From assembly GCF_902459465.1 (NCBI RefSeq), contig NC_047068.1:14942001-15006000 (forward strand): a stretch of 64,000 nucleotides of DNA. Reading direction: 5' to 3'. The stretch is from Asterias rubens (taxonomy: Eukaryota). The position numbers and the translations under genes were made by a program. The first letter of the stretch is position 1. Each line of letters begins with the position of its first letter. The notes under the pieces are model-generated. The model saw only the letters and a program-made list of their open reading frames with translations, searched no databases and was not told the origin of the DNA. Positions 34,428 through 45,700 of this stretch are shown here, piece by piece.

Positions 34428-34955
34428 ATGCAAGTTCAACCACCCCAAGAATTACAACTCTCTTCTGGAGGCCTTAGACATTCAATTGAGCTCTGAGTGC
34501 CAATTTGTGCAGGCTCTTAACAAACCGTTATCACTCACTGATTGTCTATTCTCGCTGGATGACCAATCAGCTGTTTTCTCTTCCCATCATTTTCTATGTC
34601 TCTAAAGCTGTAAATGAATTCAAGCAAGCTGTGCCCGGCTACTTTTCCCAAGAGCCTCAACTTGCCGTCAACCAGAAACACATGATGGACTTTATTTTTT
34701 TGTCGATGCAGTTAATAGAAACCTCTTTTTAATGTCCTTTTTGGGTTAATTTCTATTAAGATTTTTGTTAATCGATAGCAAATGATCAAAGTAAGCTGTG
34801 TTTCCTCAATAGAAGTTGGGCTTAAACAAAGCCCTCTCAAAGACATAGAAGTTTTAACAAAAGGAGAGTTAAATTTACAGTCACTATCAGATTATTTTCT
34901 GGCCGACTGTAAATCTTCTTAACGTATTAAGAGCCTTTCTCCGGTGTGCATCTGG

Positions 34956-35634
34956 CCTACCCCACCCCACATTCAAAGCCATGCTGAGATTTCTCAATTA
35001 AATACGGATTTATTCATGGCATTGAATCTGCTGCCAGCCAACTGAAGGCCATGTGTTTAAGCCTCTTCAATTTTATTTTTAGTCACAAAATGTAGGCTTT
35101 TCAAGTGTGTCACACCAGTTTTGACCATTTTGCTATTGTGCAAAAGACAAAAAAAACGAAATCAATGTACATATAAGAACATTTTTGTTGACTTTTTTCT
35201 GGGTTTCTATAGAGCACTAGTAAACATCATTTGCAGATGTTTTTAAAATCTCTTAACTTTTTTTCTTTTCTTTTGTGAGCAATGTTGCCCCTCCCCTACC
35301 CCACCCCACATTCAAAGCCATGCTGAGATTTCTCAATTAAATACGGATTTATTCATGGCATTGAATCTGCCGCCAGCCAACTGAAGGCCATGTGTTTAAG
35401 CCTCTTCAATTTTATTTTTAGTCACAAAATGTAGGCTTTTCAAGTGTGTCACACCAGTTTTGACCATGTTGCATTGTGCAAAAAACAAAAAAACAAAATC
35501 AATGTACATATAAGGACATTTTTGTTGACTTTTTTCTGGGTTTCTATAGAGCACTAGTAAACATCATTTGCAGATGTTTTTAAAATCTCTTAATTTTTTT
35601 TCTTTTCTTTTGTGAGCAATGTCGCCCCTCCCCT
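34956..35634. repeat. Near-identical tandem duplication, ~339-bp unit x2
   Basis: CCTACCCCACCCCACATTCAAAGCCATGC at 34956 and 35295; both units end GCAATGT.GCCCCTCCCCT. Confidence 0.92.
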
Positions 35635-35994
35635 TTAAAATTTGAAATACGAAACCTTAACTTAATTTAAACGTATTTGAATTTAAGACTCCACACCAGA
35701 TTTTGTGCATTATTTTTTAGGAAAATGTTTTGACTTTGGAAATATAATAAAGAGTCTGAGAAGGAAAAATTGCATTGGAATATTAAAAAAAAAGTTAAAG
35801 TTACCAATATCCATACACACAAGAGCAATGATGTTCAAGCATACACAGAGTATTACAAACAAATAAGTGAAGAGTATACTTTTTAAATCAAGGAGGAAGC
35901 ATGGTGCTCATTGTTACTATCACCACCAGGTCCAACATTGGCATTCAGGAGTTTCCTTAGAGCAGGTATTGTGGATAATTAGGAATATTGTTTC

Positions 35995-36110
35995 TCCTGA
36001 AGACGATCAGAGCATATTGATAAGAACTTTGAGTTGTCAACCACCGGTTCTTTTCAGAACCAAAATTACTCTTGAGGTTTACACTTGGTGCTACTGCAAA
36101 CCTCACCTGA
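35995..36110 (+). mobile_element. Short repeat resembling a Penelope-like element terminus (second copy ~42037-42150)
   Basis: C.GAAGAC.ATCAGAGCATA.TGAT..GAA shared by both copies, followed by alignable sequence to TGCAAAC/CGCAAAC. Confidence 0.4.
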
Positions 36111-36479
36111 TAATATTATTATTATTATATAGGATTTGAGGCATTGCATGGTGAGGTATCAATATATATTTGGTTTGTGGTAACACCATGTGTGTATCGA
36201 CTTGCCAGGTAGAGTTTGTTCTTAGAGAACTGTCTTTCTTTACTCTACTACCGTGGAGTAGATTTATCGGATGTTCAGGAGACTTCTCAGTTCTGAAAAG
36301 AACTGTCCTGCTTTTTAACTATTACCCGGGTGGATGGTACAGAAAATAGGCTGGGACTACTACTTTAGCTTATAGGATCAAAATTAACTGCACTACCGCG
36401 GAGTAAGTTCTTAAATTTGTGTTGTCTCTCTAATGTTATTACTTCAACATCCTAAAAGTCTTATCTTTTCCTTTTACAG

Positions 36480-36753
36480 GTGTACGTTAGACGCCCAACT
36501 GGCAGCACATCTTGGATCATGCGCATCGAGAACGGGGGCGCCCTCCTCCCAACCACCCAAGACTTTCCCCTCGCTGATGTTTCCTCGTTGCTTCTCCGTA
36601 ACCGGGAGCTGGATTTAGACATAGACAGGGTGGACTTTGTGGAGTACAGTGACCAGGAGATGATGCTGGACAATGAGAGAGAAGGAGAGGCGGAGCTAGA
36701 GGATCAAGAGATGAAGGGAGCACACCAGAGCCGATCGGCCACAAAACAACAGG
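36480..36753 (+). CDS. TSC2: TSC2 exon ([18 protein letters not shown]...)
   Basis: Acceptor TTTTCCTTTTACAG, donor GTAATT; phase 0 to 1. Confidence 0.88.
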
Positions 36754-39700
36754 GTAATTAATATTCTCACTTTTCTATTGATTGGAGGCAACTAACTGTA
36801 CCAGAGCCGCTAACTCTCCATGATTCTGCAGAAAGTTTCCTGAAAATAAACCAATCTTTCCATGTTCTGATGAACAGATTTGACACTTTTCCTGATAATG
36901 GTATCTTTTCCCCTATTATTATGGGATGCAATTCTTAATACCTCCCTGATTGCTGTAAAAAAATCCCTGATTGCAAGATGCAAATGTTGGCAGCTCTGGT
37001 ATACTGTATACACAGGGAATACTTCTGCAGCTTAAGAGCAAGCGTAAATTCAAACAGGTAAAATGTTTGTGCACTTTCAAATGCTTGTGTTTGGTATGAA
37101 AAGGTTAATTTTAAATATTTCTGCACTTACTAATCAATGAACTTTCAGTGTGTTGTTGTTGTCTTTCGTGGGGGGAGGGGGGAGTAAATGTTTTCAAATT
37201 TCATGTAATTGTTGTTTTACAACAGTTCCATTCGGGATATCACTTACTCACTCTTTTTTCTTTTGAGAACTTTTTAAGGTTCAATTCTCTCAGCCTATTT
37301 TATACTGAACTTGTTTGCTTTTAAGGCACTGGACACTTTTGGTAATTACTGACAACAATTGTTAGCACAAAAACATTTACATAAACATTGTATAAACATT
37401 GTGAGAAACGCTCCCTCTGAAGTAATGAAGTTTTTATGAAAAAGGTAATTTCTCACTCAAATATTAAAACCCCTTTTTAAGGCATCTGAGAGCACACAAA
37501 TTTGTGCAACACATGTGTTTTTTCTTTCATTTGTTTCTTGCAACTTGGGAGGACAAATTGAGCTCAAATGTTCACAGTTTTTTTATTGTATGCATAAGTT
37601 GGGACACACCAAGTGAGAATACTGGTCTTTGACAATTACCAACAGTGTTCAGTGCCTTTAAAACAGCTGTTTTAGAACTAACTTGCTACACTAATTTTTC
37701 TGAGTTTTGGTGGTGGCACCTGTGTGTTTCTTTTTGTTTCTTTCTTTGAGATGTCTTGTTCTTAAAGTCTTGTGGATAACAGATTGATGATCATCCTCTA
37801 AAACGATTTCTATAAAGAATAGTATGTCAAGAGTCTTTGATTAAAAAAATGAAGCTCTCATACGACAAGATCAATATCTTCTAACAAACTGGTAAAAACC
37901 CTCTAACTTAAAAAAAATAGTTAAAAAAAGAGAGGGAAATACAAGTAATTTTTATAGACCATGTGACCTGTAACATTACAAGTTTCAAACCAGCAATAGC
38001 CTGGACCTCCGGCCTGCATGATTTGTAGACAGCCCAATGGAAGTTAACACAAAGTCATTTATTATGTGGAGATTGCATTGTCTGGATTTTATAAAGGTTT
38101 GATATAAAGAAAGGAGGCACATCTAACAAAATTGGTTCAGCTGGTAAGTGTTTATATGTGGAAATTATGGCACAAAATGAACCATTCCAACATGACCTGA
38201 GTGGCATCTTGCCTGCCAGGAAATGAATGTACAATGCCGCTCTTTTTTGTAAACAAAGGTTACATGGTCCATTACCTAGCCTTTCATGAGGATGAACATC
38301 AACTTGTTCTACCAATTATGTGTTTTCAACTAACATTTGTTTTGTGCCTTTTTGTATTTTGTTTTACCTGCATGTCTAACAACTAAAGCTCGCTGCCCTG
38401 ACTTTTTAACCTTTGACCCCAATGAGAGCGAGGACACTGACACCTCCAGTGATGATGGTTGTGGGTTCTCTCCTCCAGTAATGGCGGATTTCTCGTTTGG
38501 CCAAAGGCCGGCCATCAATATTGATTCATCTTTTCTTGGTCGACGCAGCAGTGTCTCTGACGGTCAGCAAAAAACAGAAACTAATCAATGAAATCACAAC
38601 TTTTTAATAAAAGTGATAAGACTCAACTGACATTAAGGTTTTGCATGTTCAGTCAAGGCCAATAATTTTTTTTTTTTTTTTTTTAATAATGTCCTCATGT
38701 TACAATCCTAGCAAAGTCTTTCTCGAAAGCTGATTATTTCCTAATTATAATTTACTATTTGTTTGGGGTGGGGTCCTTAGCAATTTTGTATTCAGTGAAG
38801 AAAACATAAAATGCAGATGTGCAAAAATTGTTAAGGGTTTGATACTTCAGCCGTAGTTGATTCTTTCTCAAAGGCTAATGGTGAAGTAACGTTAAAGAAT
38901 TTTATAATAGTTTCTGTTGTATTCCTTTACTTTCTGTCTCCCTTTACAACCTATTTGCTTTTTAATGAAGAACAAAATATGATTATCCTTTACTTACAAA
39001 TCTTAGACCACACAAAGCAAAAGATCCATTTGTTGTTGTTTTGCATATTATTTGTACTTACTATTTATCTATTGATTGATTTGCTTTGTGTATGAAGATG
39101 GTGGAGAAGATTTCCAGTTGCAAGGATTCTCCAAACCGGAGCTTGGTCTGTCCCCTCTTGGGCATGATATGTCTTATTATATTAGATACAGCTCAGCGCA
39201 TAGGGACAGCATGGATCAGGTAAGAGTGTGTAACATTGATATCTGAATACTAATATATCGGGCTTGATGTTTTTCCTTACTTTTGAGTCTGATTTCAAGG
39301 TTTTTTTTGTCCTTCAAATTAGATTTTTATTTGTTTTATAATGTTTTCCAATGACCGGGTATCATGCCCGATATACTCAAAGTGTGCCTACATGTGACGT
39401 TGAGTTCTACTTCACAAAACAATACTTCAATGATTACCAGAAGTTTGTAGGAAATGCATGGAACCAGTTTTTCTTTGAAGACTTACCTAAAAAGAAATTG
39501 ATCATTGGACTTGGCTTTTACATGTTTTGCAGAGTAACGGTCTTGCCACTGATTTATTAGTTTCTGTCAAAAGTATTGGCTTTGAATGATGACATTATTC
39601 TCAAGAATAAGAAATACCTTTGAGAACTAAGATCCATGAAATGAGTCCCAAGTCACTCAGCTCCAGCCCAAGGCACAAGTCAATGATTTCCAGTCCAAGT

Positions 39701-42700
39701 CAAGCAATCAACACACTGTGTTCTTACTAAAAATGTATTTAAATATTTTTATCATAGATAGAGTCTGTCTTATAAGACAGTATGTCCAATAAAATGTGCA
39801 CCATCATCCCCTGTAAACTATTACATAGCTGTGTGTAATGGTTTATAAAGCACAGAGCCCAGTACTTGCTTGATGTATTAACTAAGCTTGCCTATTTGAC
39901 TACTTTTTTGTAGAGCATCAACATGGCGACAATACTTGCTGATACTGCCAAAGATCTTGAGAACATTGCTGAGCTTGTTGAAGAATCCGACCCAAACAGG
40001 ATGATTCTTCCCCGGTCCAGTTCATGTCCAGATATCATAGAGAGTGTTACTTCCATCCAGACGTCCTCCATGGGGAGCGACGATCAAGACAATATCAGTA
40101 CCTCTCCAAGAAACATGGTCAAATCCTTCATGGAGAAACAGATGCCCACTTCTAGCTCCTACAAGGAGATGTCCGTCTTGGAGCAGAGGCTTCAGCGAGA
40201 TGAAGTTGCTCTTGGATTCGTCCGGAGAGCCTCAACCACTGCAAATGAAGATGAAACTGTCTCTGGAGAAGCTGGCAAAGCCAAAGACCTCGAAGACCCA
40301 TCATCAGTGAAGACTGACTCCTCTGCAGCAGCTGCAAAACTGCCTCCTCCTAAGTTTCTAACACCGGAAGATTCTGCTTCGGACACCCCTGGTCAGATGA
40401 GACGACGAGTCCGGCCGGCAGAGAAGAGACCAAGGCCTGTCTCCTTGCCACCTCAGACAGATGCAGAGAACCTGGATGGGAAACAGCAAGGTTTTCTTGG
40501 GGAAGATGACCTCTCAAGGCATAGTCAGGGAGCAGACTTACAACCCTTAAGGCGACCAAGAGGGCACACAATGTCCTCATTGGCTCCTAACTCCACCGCT
40601 GACGACCACGCCGGGAGAAAAAGACGAGCCTCGGAAAACCGATCCCGAGTGATGACCAGAACTGGTCTTAGTCCAAGGTATGTTTCAGTAAGGGTGGTTC
40701 TATGTTGCAAAGTCAGGCATGATATTTTTCCTACTTAAGTCTGATTGCTGAATTATTTTGCTATCTGAAAGTTTGTGATCAAATAGCCTGAAATGTCTAT
40801 TAAAGCCCACATTATATGTAGGTCAGTTCTTGTACTTGGTTAAATAATCCTATTTTTATTCTAAGAACCAATTATCATACCTGAAAGTTGACATAGTCTA
40901 ATCTAGTTTACACTTGGCGCAAAAGCAACACACATGTTGTGTGTTTTTAATGTACTAAAGTTTAATTTTTAAAAGATTTAATAAATTGGCTTATTTAAGA
41001 TACTTGCATCAATAAGGTCAATATTTTGTGTAAGTAAATGAATAGGTATCAGCTTGTCTAGAAAATCACTTTTTTAATGGATACACAGTCAATATAATAA
41101 TAAATACAATAAAAGAAATGAATATCAGTTATATTTAGAAACATATTAAAGCCATTGGACCCTTTCGGTAAACAGTATTGTCCAAGGCCCACACTTCGTG
41201 TATCACAACTTCTATATCAAATAACAAACCTGTGAAAATTTGGGCTTAATCGGTCATCTGAGTCGAGAGAAAATAACGGGAAAACCCACCATTGTATCCG
41301 CGCGTTTCGCCGTGTCATGACATGTGTTTAAAATAAATCCGTAATTCTCGTTAACGAGAATTGATATTGTTTTACTGTTTTCTCAAAAAGTAAAGCATTT
41401 CATGGAATAATATTTCAAGAGAAGTCTTTCATCATTACCTTCTGTAAACCCTGTAAGTTATTTGTAAATCTGTGAACTTTTTTTTTTTTTCTGTACCGAA
41501 AGGGTCCAATGGCTTTAAGGTAGGATTACAAAGGTTTGTAATGATATGTAAATACAAGTTATAAGTATTTACAAAAGGGTATGTAGTCTATAAAACTGAG
41601 GACTCGGAAATCGAGTACCAAGTGTACCTTTTATTACCAAGCACCAGACACTTCTCTTGGCTACTTTCCAAAGCTAAACCCTTGACTTTTATTAGTTTTT
41701 GACTTATCTTTTTCTTCTACTCAGCTTCGTGTTCTTGCAGATGTATTACTCTCCAGTGTTCTCTGATGACCAAGAAAGACCACTGGCTTTGCCATTTTCA
41801 CAGGTGAGCCAATTAGGAAATTAACTAGAAATGTAAATTGGAAATTCCACTCAAACTAATCAGGCATGATACTCTTTCTGCTTTAGTCTGATCTCCGATT
41901 TGTTTTTGCCCGAAAAGAGTAATAAAGTGAACAATGTGATAGGCATAGTATTTGTTCTACTTAACTCAGTTTTCTATCTGTATTCCGATTTATCAGAGAA
42001 TCTACACAATTTTTCAATGTTGATCTTTCTGCTTTCTCCAGAAGACAATCAGAGCATACTGATTGAAACTTCGAGTTGAAACCATGATGGAACCACCCCA
42101 ACTTATTTAGAGATTATCATTACATGGTGTTACCGCAAACTGCCATAATGTTGATCTTATTGTCATATGTGTGTGTGTGTGTGTTTAGGTGACTCAGAGA
42201 GCTGTAAAGGTGCTGGACAGGATCCCACCGTACGACACACACAAGATAGGAGTACTGTACGTTGGCTCTGGGCAGGTATGATCCGATCACATAAAAATGA
42301 CGAACCTAACTTAGGGTTGTGAGTCTTTATTTATTTTTCCCAACCAGATGGAATACAGTAGATGTTGAATTTTCATCGGGGAAATAGAATATTACTTGGT
42401 TTAACTCTCACGCTGTTGTGTATGAAGCACTTTATCCTCAGTACTTTCCCGAGTTCTCTGAAAAGAACAACGCATACATTTTATTCGGCTGGGATTCAAA
42501 CTCAAGATTTAATAGACATCTATTTAACCAAAAAAAATCTAAATCAAAATTTTCGAATAGACTTACAGTCCTACTGCAAACTTAAGCATTTTGTTCCTCA
42601 TAGGCTCGATTTCACAAAAACAGATTTATTTTAAGTGCAAATCAGTATTAATTTCTAAGCAAAATAAACACCATTCCAACCAATCCTAAAGGGTGCTGTG

Positions 42701-45700
42701 TGTTTGCGGTATGTTTTCATACCTACATGTAATCAAGTACTTCATTTTGTTACACCCCTGACAGACGAATGATCAGGCGACCATTTTGTCCAATCTGTAC
42801 GGATCGGCTCGCTATGTGGAGTTCCTGCAGGGTCTTGGTAGACTGATATCCTTGAAGGATGTATGTCCTAATGAGGTGTACACTGGAGGTCTTGACCACC
42901 AGGGGAGTGATGGAAAGTTTGCTTACTGGTGGCATGATGATATCATGCAAGGTATGAATATTTTAGAGGGTTTGAGTACATTTTGTAGGCCACAAAAACA
43001 CAATGTCCACAGATTTACATTAAATTTTGATATTGGAAGATAATGATGATAGATAGCTTCCATTAAAATATAACGTGCTGAGGTGCTGTAGTTTTTGAGA
43101 AATGTGTAAAACAATGTTACAGGGAAAAAAAAATGTCTCAGAAGACAAACATTATTTTACCATGTATTTACCAGTACTGGTATTTACGCGACTCCCTGAA
43201 AACATTGCTCTGTGATTTTCACCTTTTTTGATGACTTAACCACCAGAACATGCTTTTAATGCTCTAGACTACCTGGTCATGAAACCCTGCAAAAGAGCAT
43301 ACATTTTAAACTAATAGCTGATTGAATTTCCTGTTATGGCAAATAAAATAATAATTGAATAATTTTAAAATACGCCTATGAAGCTCTAAATCCATTTGGT
43401 AAAGTAATGTGTGATATACTCAGGCATGCATACTGCTCGATTGGGATTTGAACCCATGACCCCCCATGCCAGATCTTCACCATTTCAAACATTTCCATGC
43501 CAATCTGCAGGATTTTTTTCTCTGGTTTTTTTTAAATAGCTTTTTTAGTAATAATTTTCCAATGAAATTATTGTTTCTACAATAAAACCCTGACTTGACA
43601 AAGGAAAGACATTAACAGGTTCTCGTAATTAGCTCTGATGTGGTTGTGTGAAAAAAAACTGAGCAGGCACTCACTACGATTTGCAAAACCTAAGCCTTGG
43701 CCTAGATCTACCACCCTTATATTGGGATCGCAGAATGCTCGGACTTACCTCCCATTGAATCAAATATAATGACAAACAATAGTGGCAGCCTGTCCATTAT
43801 GCCACATTTGTAAAACTACATAACAAAGGTCTGGAATCTGGGTCGAGGGCAGGGGTTCTCACACAATAACCCCCGGAAATTATATAGGACGCTTTTTCCA
43901 GAACCTTTTTCGGTAACTTTTCTGTGTAAGAACGCTGTAGATAATTATAATTATATTTGATGTGTTTTCTATGAATGGATTTTTTAAGGGTTTGTGTTTT
44001 GTTCCTTCTTGTAGTTATATTTCATGTTGCTACCTTGATGCCCAATAAGGAGTCGGATCCTACGTGTAACTCCAAGAAACTTCACATCGGTAATGACTTT
44101 GTGTCCATCGTTTACAACGAGAGAAACGAGCCCTACAAACTAGGGACAATAAAGGTGAGTTAACACTGTAACGATGACCAACTTAAAATAATACAAGAAT
44201 ACTATTTACTGGGTTTTTCTGTCCCTTGTTCCTGGAGCTTATTTTACACTAAACAAGTCATGACTTTATTACACAAAGAAGAAGACCTAAGCCAGAGGAT
44301 GCCCTCCCAGGTCAAAATTGCAGTTGAACCCACTAACTGGGGTCAACTGGTTCAACTGGATAGTGACCAAACTTGTCCATTTTCCATATTAACCAACTGG
44401 TTTGGAATAGGTTTAACTGTGTTCAACTAGGTTTAAATTATAAACCAGTTGGTTTCTGTCCATTTTCCATATTAAACCAACTGGTTTAAACTGTGTTTAA
44501 CTAGTTTGTCAACTGGTTTTCAACTAGTTCCAGTTAAACACAGTTTAACTAGGTTCAACTCAAATTTTGACCTGGGCTCAGTGCTCCGATGGGGGAGTCA
44601 TGCTGACGCCCACCTACTGGTCGATCATCAGCTGCTATAACACTGTACAATTGGCGCATGCTGTGATGAAGTCCATGGTGTTTTGTAGAAAACATGGCAC
44701 TTGAGTAAAAGAGAAAGAACCAATAGTGAAATAAATTAGATTGCTTTATTTCTTTTTTCGATGTACAGTGCACTTCATTTTTTAAAGTAAGTAGAACAAG
44801 TTCAAACTCTTTATTAGGAAACCTTTTGTGTGTGTGTGGGGGGGGGGGGGGGGGGGTTGGAGGCAATTATTGTCTTCTTCCAATATTTATATTATGAAAA
44901 AAATTGGCTTAGTTATTAATGCAGACGAACAGTTGCAAACAACAATGGCAGTGGGTTGACGGAAATATTGATTCACTGTTCCCAACAGTACGTCTCGGAA
45001 GAATATAAATCGATTTATGTGGTACCAATTATACCTAATTACAATCTCAGGGCCATCGTTAATACTTTACAAGGAGGGGAATTACAAAACAATGGGCACG
45101 ATCAAGGTTATTAACCCAGTGCTGTATTGTACTTACAATTTATTGCCGTGGTGTAACAATTTGTCATTTTGTGCCTAATTATGGGATAGGCCCATAAAAG
45201 AAATTCTGAATTTGGCCACAAAAACTTTGAAAGTATACATCCTTTTCAATGACTGGGTGTGTTTACATTGAATTAATTACGTCATTAAAATTAATGGATG
45301 AGCAGTTAATCTGCCTGGGAATTCAGCAGCCCTTGGCTTGTGCATGATCAAGTTAAGTCCACTGTTTTGAAAAGGAATTACATGGATATAACAGGTGTGA
45401 GTTGTCAGATGAAATAAATGTTTCATTTTGGAATATCTCATGGAGCTTTGCCGTAATGTTTATTTCAGAAGTTAGCTGTAAGTGAAAACATCTTGTCCAA
45501 TATTTAACTTCTTCTTTTGTTGTCTTTCTAGGGTCAGTTCAACTTTGCTGAGATTGTTATTGAACCGTTGGACAGTGAGAGTAACTTAGTGACCGTGCAG
45601 GCAAAACCAGGTACAAGACAAATCCTCGTCTATTTATACAAAAAGAATCAACACAGAAATTTAATTTTGTTCTCTTGCATAATTCCTTGTGACCCCTTCA

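Noticed and set aside
38097-38143. Possible TSC2 micro-exon ending in a strong GTAAGT donor
   Set aside because: The open frame needs a phase 2 start while the preceding exon ends in phase 1, and the acceptor is weak
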